Part shown: positions 37,834-51,970 of the stretch, piece after piece
Layout: every line of letters starts with the position of its first letter
How positions within the stretch are numbered: the stretch's first letter is position 1
From: Fimbriosthenelais zetlandica
Taxonomy: Eukaryota
Assembly: GCA_977030845.1 (NCBI GenBank)
Contig: OZ365115.1
Location: 9,238,001 to 9,302,000, forward strand
Direction: 5' to 3'
Length of the DNA: 64,000 bases
Position numbers and translations under genes: made by a program
The notes under the pieces: model-generated
What the model saw: the letters and a program-made list of their open reading frames with translations, nothing else
Told to the model about the DNA's origin: nothing
Database searches by the model: none

Positions 37834-40800
37834 AATTAAGGAATTTAGCTCAAATCAAGTTGAAATTGTGAACTCCTGTACGCACGCGATGAGTGGAGAG
37901 GACTCGAATCTAAAGACGTCCTCGGGAAGAAGAGACAGTCCAGGCGCCCTCCCTCCCTACCTCCCCCTCCTCCTGTACATGTACCGCCCTGGAGGAACGG
38001 CAGGAGAAGCAGGAGGAGTAGGAGGAGGCCAGTATTTAACTTGGGACATTCCGTCAATATTCTATAGATTTGTCCCAGTCTGGACTGGATGGGGCTATTG
38101 AAGAGAATCTAGGTTGGCGGAGTATAGTGGAGTATGTATGGATCGGCTGAGCATTCTACCTGTTTGGGGGTGTGTATATTTAGGGCCAGCACAAGTTCAA
38201 CATCAATGTTATATAGTGTGTACAGGGTGCATGGTATGTGTGAGGGGGTGGGTCGATAACATGACAAAATCTCACTCACTCAGTCTATATTGATAGCCCC
38301 ATCCTCAGTGACAAACACTTAACTTGAGAGGTGCTGTCACTTGTGATATTGTTCCTTTTGAGTCTTAATTAATCCTATTTGTACCATTTCTAGTCCTTAT
38401 CCGCCATCCCTCACAGCTCCTCCCCCCGTGCACTTGTCCACTGATTGAATGGCTTGCATGATAGTTATAAGTGCGTGTCAGACTCATCATGTAGTACACT
38501 ATGGGGGTTGAGTTCTTTAAGAAGGGGACAGGAGAAGAGAGAGCACCCTGTTAATGTCTCAACTGCTAGTTTGATTTGGGTTTTTTGGACGAACTTCCTT
38601 AGTTGAAAGGTAGTATATTATGGCGTTGTAGTCATGTAAATACATGTATGTGGTTATTGAAAGTACGGGTCTGAATGTATATATAGTCACAGACGCAATG
38701 GTCAGTGTCTAGGCTGTGATGGTCACCACCACTGTCCCTCAGTAGGTCAGAGTTGACCGGTATAGGCAATCAATGAGCGAGTGCGCCAATGTTTTGCTCC
38801 GCCCGGCGATTAGATGTTATATTGGGCGATATTAGGTCTATTTTCCCCGGGGATCGATCCCGTATTGACGAGCGTTTGAGGGCCAACCCCGGACGACCAA
38901 CAGACAGACGGAGGAGGAGTAGGGGTGAGGCGGGGATGGATGGGTTAGTAGGAGGTGTTTGTCTATAGTATTATACCCCGAACAAACCGTCACGACCCAA
39001 GCGCTTTGGTTAATATGATAATTGTATGTGTCCCCGAAGCAAATGAAAAGACGCTTCTGAGGGAAGGTAGTCTATTTAAATGACCACATTCCTTCAATGT
39101 CTCATCACGACCATCACCCCCTCCCATCACCCATCCAATTCATTAAAGGCCTTCACTCAGCCCACTCATGCTTGTCATGCATTAAACCAGTGTTGAGGAG
39201 ACACTTTAAGATTGCCCGGGGCAAGCTTTTCTCCTACTCCTCTCCCTACCTCCACCTGCTCATCGCCAGCAGAAAGCACCAGCTCCTGATCTCCTCTCGA
39301 CCCTGGAGGACCATCTCTCTCCAGTATTTCTTGTGTCGGGACCGCTGTGGGGGTACCATGCACGCCACCACCAGCCCAGCTTTCCTTATCCTCCTCCCGG
39401 TCCCCAGCTTCCTCCATCTCCTTCTCCCAGCAGATCAGGAGCCGCTCACCGCCCGCTCTGCATATGAAAGCCTGAGCAGCTCGCCCACTACCAGCACATA
39501 CACCGCGCGAGCGACTCAGGCGGAAGAGTAAAAGCCTGAGCTCGGCTGTTAAAAGCAGCCTGGGAACCTGTCCTCCTGACGCGATTGTCTCCTGCATTGT
39601 GTAAGGCGGGGATCCCGCAGGCGGTCACGGCCGCGCGTGTGGGCTGGCTGGAGGTAGAAGAGGATGGCCAACACATCCAATGTGAAGAAGGCCTTTTGTG
39701 GTGCATGTGTGCTGGTGTAAGGCACACACTTTTATGCACACAAACTGAGCCAAGGCATGGTTAGATTTCCATAGAAATAACCTCCGTGTTTGGAGGAACG
39801 AGTCTGGAATCAAGAGGGAACTTGGCAGTGCATGTATTACGTGCCAACATATGTGAAAGTTTTTGTGCATACAAATGATGGACAAGAAATGCGGTGGTTT
39901 ATAGATGCGAGAGCATGTATACAATACAGCAAAAAGGGAGAGGGGTGACGCTGAAGGTTACATGGTAGGGTGTACACGAGTTGTTCTCCTTCCATACTGA
40001 TGTAAGGTGGATTAAGGGATTAGCAGAGCAAGGAGATGACACATATGGTGGGATTATCACCATGCCAACGTCATCTCCTCATCTCTTAAATCTCACCCAC
40101 CTAACGCAGATTGCTTCTCTCACATGCATGACTTCCTGTTTTTAAATGTTAAGTATTGGTAATGGAGGGACTACATAGTGTCTGTCTAGGAACTTTGAGG
40201 CCTGAGATTTTGTAACAAGTTTGGCAAATTTTGATGTGAAATTTGAAGCCTTCTTGAGTATAAGATATATGAAATGTCTGCTTTTGACACCAAGTATAGC
40301 TGAAAAGAAGTGAGATACAGAGAAGAAACATTGAGAAACATAACACTTTGTAGGCAGTGAGTGAACAGTGCACTTCACCGATGAGTGGGAGGTCTCGTCA
40401 TCTCTCGCGATTCCCCATCGTCCACGAGAGCTGGGGAGATTAACTTATCACATAGGGACGCTCAGATAGGAGTGGGAGACGTGAAGTCTCTGTCCCACAG
40501 TGCCTCGGACAAGCGGCCATGTTTGAGAAGACCATGTCATAAATGTTGACATTAAAGCACTTACTGCTCCATGGCATGAGGCCATATTGACACAGGAACA
40601 TGCACTAACGTTCACTGTCTCCCAGTCCAAAGTTGCACATCAAGGAAAATGCAAACAATGTCTTATACATAACAGAAAATGTCATCCCTAGGGTCGTCCA
40701 TCTTCCAGCCACGCAGTCAATTTATGTACTGGCATTACCAAACTGAACACGAGCAACTTAAAATAAAGAATCCCCGGCAGCCTTTCCGTTATCATTTTGC

Positions 40801-40880
40801 AAAGTGGTTTCATTATGACGTTTGAGGTTATTTTATGCAGTAAGTGTATTTCCTAACCGCAATTGATGATTTTCGAGAGC

Positions 40881-41874
40881 GCGCCCCCTGTGAGCTATCA
40901 AGTGTAATACAACCTCATCAAGAGTGACTTCCGGGTGGCTTCCGCCCGCCACCCCGCCACCTAGCGCCTATTAAACTGATGCACTCTGCCCAGGCGCCGT
41001 TTCAGCCCTTAATAGGAAACTCAGCCAGCCAAAAAATAGCAGAGAGGAGAATCATTTCTTTACGATCAAACTCGAGCCATAAGTGGCCCGCTTACTTTCC
41101 CATTCTCTCTTGAGTATGGGGATGATGAGTGATTGCCTGCACATGCGCAGAATGACATAACCATGGTTGGGTAGGAGCCCCATGCAGCTGACCCGGCATT
41201 TTGAATAATTATACAAATAGCCGATACAATAACTCTTGGGGTAAGGGTTTGGGGTTTGTCGCTGGAGAGCGAAATGAGGTTGGGGGGTGGTACCTCTGAT
41301 TCATTAAGTTATCGCCAGGAGGCGTTAGGCGAGGATGCAACCTCAGTATGGTAACGTGCTCAGCTGGTGTGAAAATGAGGCTGTCCTCACCCCCAACAAG
41401 ACACATCTGAGGTGCCAGGGGGCGGGTGGGGGCAGGGGCAGGGTGAGATTTGTGGACACAGGGTCATGGACACTCTAGGTGGGGTAATGCAAAAACATCT
41501 TGGCTCTGGAATTATTTGAAGGATCAGTCACCATTTATGCATATAACCGAAACTGAACATCATCTTGGTTTAAGAATGACCTCTCTTTTGATAGGCCTAC
41601 TGAAAAGCTGAATATCAAGTTTGACCAAAAATATCCCTGGTCACTTGGTGAGTTGAAAATTGAAAAACCTCGCCCAGTGACACATTTTCCATGAAGGTTT
41701 TCTCCTGATCTGCTATAGTTGGAAGGGAATGACAGGTTTCTTGGTGGGTCCGAGCACAGCTGGCTGTGACGCCAGTAATAAGACGTCAGGTGCCCGCTGG
41801 CCCTTGGCCCTGGAGTGGCAAGCTGCTCTCCTCCTCCAGTGTACAACCAAACATCTGGCTCCTGGAGGGGGCAG
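40881..41874. promoter_or_regulatory. Group of four CTCF-like motifs in divergent orientation (40881-40894 -, 40954-40967 -, 41412-41425 +, 41861-41874 +)
   Basis: CTCACAGGGGGCGC (11/14), GCGCTAGGTGGCGG (13/14), GTGCCAGGGGGCGG (12/14) and CCTGGAGGGGGCAG (12/14) against CCRSYAGRKGGCRS. Confidence 0.4.
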
Positions 41875-43437
41875 CTCTACCTCCTTCCCCCAAACCCCAC
41901 TAAGTAGCATCCCCCACCAGCCAGCCCACAGCCGTTCCTTGATGAAGTACACACGTCCAACTCTGCCAAATAGATCCGGACAGGTGTAATTAAGGCTGGG
42001 CAAAGGCTATGAGGGGAACCCGGTAATGGGCGAGAAAGGCCCCCACGCAATGAAGGGGACAGCAACGATCAGGGGTTGTCAAGGCAGGCTGGCCTTGATG
42101 GACAGTGGCCAGCTTGGCTTGGCCATGACACAAGCTGGACCTTACTGACCACAGGTCATTTATACCAGGGGTCTTGTTCAACATGGTCAGAGGGCCAGGC
42201 CAGGCACAGGTGAAACTACCTCCATTTATCTGCGCTGGTTAAGGCATAGTCGCCATCGATTTACCGTGGATAAATAACAGTCAGAGACAAAATGCTGTCG
42301 GCATACCACCCATAAATAATAGTCACGAAGTGAGAATATGAAAACTCAAAAGCTTACCATCTTGGAAAGAGAACAAGAAGTATCATTTCTTTCAATAGAC
42401 TTAATGTCTCAGGGCCATGTAGCTAAATACAGGTTGACCAGACAACAATATGCACAAGTTTAACATAATCAATCATTGGGATTAGTAACTTAAATCATTT
42501 CAGGTAAATGAAATGTTGACACATAATACAGAGCCACTGATTTGAACATCAAATGTCCCAGCATTCCTCAGCCTATCAGTACATGCAGCAGCAGAAGGAA
42601 GGCACCCCTTGTATTTCACCAGCATAAATAATCCCCACGATCGATACGCCTGTCAGCCCGCTGTTTTTTTATTTCTATCTCTCTGAACATATCAAGAAAC
42701 AAGTAAAGTGGATAGCTGGTGAGCAGAGACCACTTCCTAACTGTATCAGTCACCATTCTTCAAGGCAGTGTCATTAATGTTTCCCTGTAGGTACAAGCAA
42801 TACCATCTCAATATATGAACCCATGTATGTGATACCTCAGACTGGGAAAGCAGTGACCTTCTTCTGGAGGCCATGTAGCAAGATGATGATTTGCTGATAT
42901 ATTTTCTCTTCCCCCTACATAATACAGTTGATATTTAAAACTGAGTCTTTGAGATAGATCTGAGTTGACGTTGGCCTGTCGCGGTCAGTCGTAAGATAGG
43001 CGAGGGTGACTCAATATTAGGAAGATGACTGTCACTGTGGTGATATCGCCCATGATGTGATACGGGGACCTTTACGTCGTGATGATAACTTCACCCATTT
43101 GTTATACGTGCGGCAGTCAAGATGAGGGGGCCAGTCAGCTGTGAAAAGCTGCCATATACTCGGGTGGGAGAAGGAGAAGGGGGAAGCGAGCAAAGAGTAA
43201 AAACCTTCAAACTTAAGATGACTGGAGCAATCTCTCTATCAGTCGGCTGTGGACGTTTGGACAGGCGGGGGTCATTAGTTTGTGGACATGGAGCTCCGGT
43301 CAGTGGGCAGCCACCCGTGAGGGCTATCTGGCCAGGCGGTGAATCTCAGAAATGAAACCTGTCCGCAGCTACTCTTCAGACAGCAATCTTGGAAGAGTCG
43401 TAATCTCTGTTTGCTGGAGGATTGAGGCTCATGACCT

Positions 43438-43564
43438 GGGTGGGCGGGGATAGGGAAGGGAGGGGGGTACAGGGAAGGGAGGGGGATAAATTAGGAGGGA
43501 AGGGAGGGGCAGAGGGGAGAGAAGAGGGCAAGGGAAGGGAATGGGAGGAAGGGAAGGTGTGGGG
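43438..43564 (+). repeat. Purine-rich GGGA/GGAA low-complexity tract (G-quadruplex/triplex potential)
   Basis: About 125 nt that are predominantly G/A, with many GGG runs. Confidence 0.75.
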
Positions 43565-44420
43565 TAGAATCTTTGGGAAATATGGTTTCCTTGCTGTTAT
43601 GTTCAGCTGAATAAGCTGTTCAGGTTAGTCCCAAAGTTTCATTAAAGACATTCACTGCCAAATCAGATAAATTATCACAAATTTTAATGATTTATAATGA
43701 TACTCTCATTTAAACAACTTAACTATAACCTCAACTCAAAATGGATATCAAAGAAGCAAATTGTTGACACATTATCATCACCACAAGGCAAGTTTGAAAG
43801 CTAATTTCCAGCCCATGAGCATGTCTTAATCACCAATATTGGTATTTAATGTGTAGCACACCTTGTGTAGCCACCATGGGGCGCATTAAGGACGGCAGCT
43901 CTGCTTCATTATTGCTGGTGCTAATGGAGCGAGTCATTCCATGAGCGGGCACCGCGAGCAGATGATTTAATGTTCGCTTAAGGCCAAGGTCAATCCATCA
44001 AGTACTGCCCTGACACCTTGTGGCGCTTGCAGACACTGACTAACCTGTGAGTGTTAATCGGTGCTAACGGGCCAGTAAGCTCCTTCATAAGTTGTTTTTA
44101 TGTTGGGGTCTGCCACCCTGGCTCTGCCTGCCCATGATAATACGCCATGTCCTATTTACTGCAGGTCTATGGTGGATAAGGTGCGTCGGGGTCATGAGTG
44201 GGGGCACATCTTGGTGACCTCGTATGACCATGGTGTGGCACGGCCATCCGTCTTATGAAAGCACCCAGGGTACCTCCTTCATACAATCATGGTGGTCCTG
44301 GCATACATCCATTTAGCAATGGCAATGCCCTCATCCGCTGACAACTCTCCTCTCATTCAACTCTTATCACGGGGCCAATCTTTCTAGCCCGTTTGTTGGG
44401 CGTATTAATCCGTTGACTGC

Positions 44421-44594
44421 CCCATCATCTTCTCTCAGCATCCCATCCCTAACCCTGCCAACACCCCCATATATCCACCACCACCCAAGGACCACCACCA
44501 CCCCTTCTTCTTCTTCCCAGATGCTGAGCATCTTCCCTCCTCCTTCTCCCCCTCCTCTTCTCCCTGGCTCCTCCTCCAGCTCTCTCCTTCAGCC
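44421..44594 (+). repeat. C/T-rich low-complexity tract
   Basis: Runs of CCA, CTT and CCT units; accounts for the S/P-rich spurious ORF 44413-44607. Confidence 0.7.
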
Positions 44595-46813
44595 TGGAGT
44601 TGGTTAATATGGTCTGGTCATTTTCACCAGGATGGATGAGGGAGGAGAGGAGCGGATCTCAATCTCAGACGGCCAAGTCCCGTGCGTAGACACACCACAA
44701 GGAACTCATTCCGCCAACTGTTATTAAATCCAGTGCGGGAGGCCGCCCAGGGTCACACTGGCCAAATGAGGTTGACCCTACCTCCCAGGGTGTGGATGTG
44801 GGGCGGAGGCGCCCTGGGCCTTCTTTGTGCCCTATCGGACGTCGCTTTGAATATTGAAGGTCACATGGGGAGCGTGAACCCCTTAACCCTGGAGCAAGGC
44901 ATGCTCTGACCTGTTAGTGGAGTCCTGATAGACTGAACTCTTCATCAACACTGTCCTCTACCATATAGACCTATACTCCCTCCCTCTTCCCTGCCCGAGC
45001 CCTCCCTCCATACACCATGCATACACGTCTGATGCAAAGGACAGCAGTTCATATCCCCCTAAGTATGACCTCCACGGGGGAATATAATCATGCATCATCC
45101 TCCTGACACTCCGGATGATGCATCGCCTCCTTAATGCACATTTTAAAAGGATATTTCTTTTACTTTCAGACTCAAATCACAGCAGAAAAGAAAATACTTC
45201 TCAGGCTTAACAGGGAAGTCATCGTTGAGTATGAGAAATAGTTCCCATTGGTTGGGGTAAGGGGGCAATAACTTAGATTAGGCGGTCATGGAGGCAATCT
45301 GAAATGTCCCATTCTGTAAAATCACCACCAGGCTATTTGTGTAGGACATCATCATCATCACATCTTACATTTACTATCTTATCGCCACATGCTCTGTGGT
45401 CATCCTCCGCCATGTTATTCACACAATAATCCGCCGAGACTCGGCCAGTATCACCTTGACAATGACCTTCACCTCTGATGACCTTACGCTGGAGAAAGAG
45501 ACATCTTCGAGTGTGGGGTCTACATTCATGTATTCAATAAGGTGGACATTCTTGACATTTTGCTATTGGCATCGCATTCTCAATGCAAAGAGGTATAGGC
45601 CCTTGGTACTAGATCTCTGTGATTCAAGCTTGTGCAAGATAATCATAAGGAGTTTAAGGGGAGGGGGTGGTGGGTGGGAGAATCTGATAATTTATAATAG
45701 GATGTATGCCTGGCTGTTTGCCAGCAAAAGTTCATGACCCCTTTATTTGCTTCCCATGAAGCCATTGCTGATCTTTTAGTACCACTTCCGGGTCTGACAA
45801 GCTTGAGATGTCGCGCCCCCTCTCGCGGCTGGCCGGTGAAACACTGACCCTGGGTTACCATAAAGTGTCATCGAATGACCAGTTATTTATCTGGACGTGG
45901 GAGAGATCGGCTCCACAAGCAATTCCTACGTGTCAGCAAGACCAGGATAGATGACGCCTTTGGGAGCGGAGCTGGCCACAGGACTAGCTGGGCAAGGAAG
46001 AGGTCTGTTCCTCCCACCTCCCCCTCAAACAGCCCCCGGGGTACGGAGGGAGGTGCTAAAAAGTGGCCCCACTTCTCTCCCCGGCTAGCAGAGCTTGACA
46101 ACGGGAGAATTTGATATAAATGAGTTTTGTTTTGTCCATTCTACATCTGACCTTTTTGTAATTCATTTTGTCTGTGTCACTGAAGAATTCATTTTAAACT
46201 CAGAAGAAAGCAAGATTCATTTCTGTTCTCTGAAGGCAGTGCTATATGTTTAAGGATCGCTATACACAATGACATGCATTTTCTTAGCGTGTAAGAACAT
46301 ACAAATGATTCAGTTCATATTTAAGCGTGATCAGTGAGGTTAATTAGCTGGATGGGGGCTCTGTGGTTAGCTGACCTTAACCTTTTCAAATTAGCCACAT
46401 GTCGTGTGGCGGAGAGATGTAAAAGTTTCCTGTCTTCCCTACCAGTGGTCAACTCTGGGGTCGGTTGGCAGCTTTCTGTTCTCACGCTAAACCACAAGTC
46501 CTGATTATAACGCCCCTTGTCATCTCCTACTACTCATGCTCCCTATATGAAGCCATTTAAGCAGTCCCCACTACATCATGCCACGCGTTAGATCGCCGCT
46601 TCTCACATTTTAAATATTTAATCTATTGTAAGTGATGAACGACTGATTGGAGCTGACAAGTAGAAGAAGAGACAGCTTTGTACAAAGCTAATGTCCCAGC
46701 GAGTAAAAGGTGCTGACAATCCACTTAAAGAATGGGCAAACCGATGTAAATGGCCTTAAATATTGTCCGGAGCGTGTGGCTACCCAAGTGGTCAAGTCTG
46801 GACAATAGAGGAG

Positions 46814-46837
46814 TGGGTGGGGGTTGGGGGGGGGGGG
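46814..46837 (+). repeat. G-run tract (G3 T G5 TT G12), G4 potential
   Basis: gggtgggggttgggggggggggg. Confidence 0.75.
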
Positions 46838-49800
46838 AGAGATTGAAATGGTCTGCTTGAAAGGCTCGGACCTTGGGAGGAGGTCCAGCTGTGGGGGGAA
46901 ATGTTGAAGGCTTTGGTTGGCAGGAAGGCATTCTGTGTGGGGGATGTGCCTAAATCATATTAGTGTGGTGAGGGATTCAGGCATGAGTGGGTAAGGTGCA
47001 CATTAGACTCTGGTCATCCTGAGGCCTCCTACAATAGGAGTTATGTCATGACCTTTCAGAGGACAACAATTGACTCTCTTTGCTTAACTGTCTCTATGTG
47101 TGTCCACATGTCAGGCACTCCCCGAACCATATACAGTCTACAGCGATTATCTTCGGTTCCCGAGGGGGCATAGAATTTGAGGATAAGTGACGATGGCTGT
47201 AAATACCATAATTGTTTGAATATTTCAATGGGTTTAGAGAAAGGGAATGGGCAATAAATCCTATGGCAGTCACAATATCTGTAAATCTCAATTACCTGAT
47301 GCCATCATTGTGTCATCACCTCAAGTGCTTCAATAAAATTGTGTCAAATATTGAAAGTTGTAGGCCATCCTTGAATTATGTCCTTAACCTGTCTAGTGTT
47401 CATCTAAATGCGAAAATAGGTCTACAGAGAAACCCATTGGTGATCAAATGTATAAAATCAATAGGGGGATTCTCTTGAATTCAAAATTTCTTACAGTGAA
47501 AGGCTGATGGGTACATGGGGAGGACAGAAAGGAGATAAAAGTTGCGCAGGATGAGGTAAATCCGCGTTCGGGTATTATCCCATTCAGCCCACCTCCCCCC
47601 AGGCGCGTTCAAGTGGAATTTAATGCAGCATATTTAATCCCTCCAAATCCGGAGCCAATTAGAAAAGTGTACTGCCATGGTCGGGGGCTTTTTTGATCTG
47701 AGTTAACCATGTATGTTCAGAATGGAAACAGCTGGAGTGAAACCCAAGCCTGCTATAAGATATGATGCGACAGAGGACACATCCGGTCTCGACCTCTCCG
47801 CAGTGAATACAGGCGCGTCATTTCATTGGCTGATCGCACGTCCGCTGACCCGCGGTTAATATTGCAGACGACAGCCATTGGTTGATTGGGGGAGAGCCGC
47901 GGGAAGTGAGTCCCTAAATTGGGGATTAGTTTAATGGCGAGGTGCCCTGATCGTTTGTGTTGTAATCCCTTTTGCCAGGGAAGCGATTGATGTGGAGCGG
48001 CTGTTGTCTGTCTGTGTAATAATAAGGAGATGTGGAGAGTTTTTCATCACATATTATTGTTACCGCCATATGCTCGCCCCCGATTCCTCTCCACACATGT
48101 CCAATTTCATAGATCATCTTTGTTACTCAACGAGTAGAATACTTAATCTGCACATATGGAAATCTGCAGAAAAGCTGGTCATGTAATTAAACAGGTTTCC
48201 ACCAAGAAAATCCTTTCATTGTTCATTGCAGCTAAATTAAGTATGAAAGTAACCCATACCAATTAAGTATTGATTTACAAACCATATGATATTTGATTAA
48301 TATATGTAAAACAATAACATTTTCAGTCAATCCCTAAGCAGTTTTGAAATAGATAACATTCTACCTAGGTAGGCAATAATTTAAGATGTCTTTCATCTCT
48401 GCTCGGTTTCACTAAACTACTATTAGCGTAATAATTATCACAATAGTGCCACACAATTCCTCATTATTTCCTCTGTTGATTTAACCAAATTTTCTTAAAA
48501 AAGATTAATCTACTAATCTATACATTAAGCATGAGTCAACATCATTTACTGTACTCTAAAAGACTGGAGCAGTAAAGCCGAGAAGGCCTATTTTATAGTT
48601 CGCATAATAACCACGAGATGTCAGTATGGAGCTATGGCTTGGAATATGCGCTGGTAATAAGGCAAGACCATGAGAGAGAGAGCCAAAGAGAGAGGGAGAG
48701 AGATAGAGAGAGGAGGGCAGCCATGCATGAAAGACTGACATGCAAAGGGTATTGGCTTTCGTCTTTTATTCTTCTCTCTCAGTTTTCTTGCCTCACACAA
48801 TTGGGGCTTGTGCGCTGAGCCGTTGGGAGGCCCAAGATTGACCTAATTTTTTGAGTTGGTCACAGTGGGCTAGAGTTACTCATAGAGTGGTGGCCAGGGT
48901 GGGGCTTAGCGCCTTTCTTGAGGCTTTAGTTCTGAATGCAGAATTTCTAGGATTACCAGATTACAATATCAAAATTTATGCATTGATCTTTTCGAAGGTT
49001 AGTCTAAAGGGAAAACTTTTAAGGGAATTCAGTGAATCCAAATTGAAGAAGAGTTTGGTTTTAAAGCATGTTCCATTAAAGGAAAATGCCATATCATTTG
49101 GACATAGATTGCACAAATGTTTCCTTTCCAAAATTAAGTTCTCAATGCATTCCAGAGGGCCTAAAATATCTACCCAACCCCCCACACACCTCACCTCCCC
49201 CACTTCCCCTCACTCCTCACTCCTCCCCCTGTGCCAAGCTTGTCCGAGCCAGACCTGGCCTGAACTCCGTGACGGAGGTGCATCCTCCTGGGTCTGCCCG
49301 GAGGTGGCTTGACTGGGATTTTATCATTACCCCCGACACTGGTAGACCTACGTGTCCTGACTGCCATTAAAGGCATGCATTTCCCCCTCTCTGCCCTCAC
49401 TCTGTATCTCTGAGCACTGAGTCAAAACACTCCTCACTGTTTAACAGGCGATAAAGGATTAAACCTTCTTTCTACTGACATCTCAACACTTTTACTAGGC
49501 TTATATAATTCATCTTATTATATTTTCTGGACTAAACTTGGTTGAATAGACCCACAGACAAATCCCTTGAAAATTAAAAAAAAATTACAATAAGATTCAA
49601 AGAAATGTCAAGATGTATCAATGAATAACAAAAAGAACAAAAGATATCAAAGGTTCATATTCTTAAGGTGAAATGTCTGACCATTTCTAGAATGCTTTCT
49701 GCAGCCAAAATAGCTAAATTGTCAGAACAAGGGCCAGCAGCGTAAGGGGTTAAAGCAGGGGAAAAGGGGGTGAGGGGGCGGCCTGGTGGGGAGAGGTCAA

Positions 49801-50173
49801 TTTGATTCATTGCAGGACTTGGGGGTTTATTTTGACCGCAGGCATACTCGACCAGTGGTCAGCCGTCCAGATTGGACGCTTGTTCTGTGTGATGCAGCAA
49901 GAAAAGGGTTCCTCACTTCTATTCGTTTTCCTTGAAACGACGTGTCTGTCAAACCATCCCCCCTCTCATCCTCTGAACACCCCAATACTAGTCTACATAT
50001 ACCATTGATACTTAAATAATAGAAAATCTTAAGTGCATGTATTGATGTATATATCTGGAAGGAATATTCTTGTTGCTACTAAAATTTAGGCCTAGTTACA
50101 GCAACGTACATAATTGTTATGGCCTTATCAATGCCCTCTAGCCAAACAATATACAGTGTCCATCTTCAGATCT

Positions 50174-50277
50174 GGGGTCAAGCTGACCCCTCGATGACCG
50201 ATCCACACCACATACTCTCACTTGTCTGCTAATCTTGACCACCGTGTCCCAGAATGACCAGTCGGCAGATCTGACCG
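50174..50277. promoter_or_regulatory. Palindromic IR3 nuclear-receptor element plus additional TGACC half-sites
   Basis: GGGGTCA-AGC-TGACCCC at 50174-50190; further TGACC half-sites near 50195, 50236, 50255 and 50272. Confidence 0.4.
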
Positions 50278-50983
50278 CCCGTACCACGCCCATCTCCTAT
50301 CCTCAATAGAAACGACCCGAATCTCTATTTTATACCTCCTTCCTTAACTCTCCTCTGTTGACCAAACAGGGCTGAGCAAAAATATATTCATTAGCCATTA
50401 ACGGCGATGTAAGCTTCCTTATGAAATTAACAAAAAATTTCGGTTGAAGCTCATTTGAAGTAATCTGTTTTCCCCTTCCAATTCTAGGTTTATCATTCCA
50501 ATTTCTTATATAGTTGGGAAATAAAATCTGAAGAATTTACATTTATACATACGGGCAATGGCAAGAGTGCAATTACTGTTTTTGCCCCATGCTCCCGGTC
50601 CATGTTTTCTGCAGTAGTGGACAGTGCTTTAAGGCCTGCTTTTCTCCCAGTCTTCCAGGCGCAGCACAATTTAGGAGCAATATATGCTCAGTGAAGCTGT
50701 CGTTACAGCAGCTACTCATCACTGACCTGCTCACAGATGCTCCTCTCCTCCAGCTCTAGCCTTAAATTCACCCCTAAGCCATGCTCCCTCCCCCACCCTC
50801 CAGCCCCTTCAATGCCCCATGACAATATTCCACTAGTATGCCCAACAAATTTGCCCGCCTTCGGGGTTAAAAGGCCCTACATCCAGTGGCGTTCAAACTC
50901 GGTTTGCAAAGCCCTACATACTGGCACTGTACAAATCCAAGATGGCCAGGTTAAAAAAGGGCCTTCTTCAAGGGCTTCTGCTA

Positions 50984-51065
50984 GGGGTGTGGGGTCAGTT
51001 GGGGGTGGGGGTGGGGGTGTGGAGATGGGGGTGGGGGTCAGGAATGGCAGGGAAGGGCTGGGGGG
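50984..51065 (+). repeat. (GGGGGT)n-like G-tract, G4 potential
   Basis: Multiple G4-G6 runs separated by short loops. Confidence 0.75.
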
Positions 51066-51950
51066 AAAGAGACTCACACATGACCGAAGAAGCATCACAG
51101 ACTGGTCAGTCGGTCCAATTCACAACCCAGAATCTTATTTTGGCCAATTGGCGATGGGCGAGGGGTCAGCAGTGACCATTTGTCCTTCTGGTCACTTGGG
51201 ACCGCCCCACTCCAGGCCCTTTCTCACCCAGCCTCCATCCCTTGCCTCTTCTTCCTAAACTCTCCTCTCCTCTTTTGGATTTCTAATTCTGTCCCATCAG
51301 TCACTCATGCTCTCTCCACTGGGCTTGGATTCTATCCTTTCTTCTTCAATCTCCTGTCCATTTACAGATCCCAATTCAGTTTCTCTTCACCACGTATAAA
51401 GTAAAAACTGTAATATGCATTCTGACATTACGAAGCATCGATAAAACACATAAACCCCTTACAGGATTCATGGCAAAAACCAAGTGATTATTTATATGCT
51501 TACAGCCAATCTGTCGGTAGCCAATCTTAGCCTTGAAAATACCTACATCTCCCACTCCTCCTTATCCTTCCCTTCTCCCCACCCTCTCTCCCTCCTCTAA
51601 ACGCCAGAGACGGGCGATTATTGCCAGCGAATTACAGGCGATTTAAAGCAGGAGAACATACATTCCCTCCCCATCCCCTTCCTAGGGGATCCCCCTGTAT
51701 CTTTTCAGCCCAACCCTCCTGATCTTAATTGATTCAAAAGGTGTAGCCTTAGCTCGAAAGACAAAGCCTATGATTAGACTTAATCAGCAATGTATCGCTG
51801 ATAACCCCACACCCACCCACCCACCTATCCCCATTTTCTTTATAAGCTCTTTTCCCCAATAACAATAAAAATCCAATGGTATTTGTATATAGCTAGGCCT
51901 ACCCCACACCACCTACGTACATCAAGCCAGATTTCCTCTCTAAAGACTCA

Positions 51951-51970
51951 CCCCCCCCCCCCACCCACCC
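51951..51970 (+). repeat. C12 homopolymer plus ACCC units
   Basis: ccccccccccccacccaccc. Confidence 0.8.

Noticed and set aside
41209-41406. ORF containing NPKP, reminiscent of the CUT motif LRNPKPW
   Set aside because: No other CUT residues (no SQGTLSDLL or WSKLKSG) and the rest is low-complexity; a chance tetrapeptide.
48851-49312. 153-aa plus-strand ORF, and similar long ORFs at 3210-3653, 26088-26576, 32577-33086, 39097-39597, 50737-51258 and 57775-58272
   Set aside because: No recognisable domains, often low-complexity or non-ATG starts, and overlapping ORFs in several frames as expected in GC-richer non-coding DNA. A BLASTp/HMMER hit or ribosome profiling signal would overturn this.
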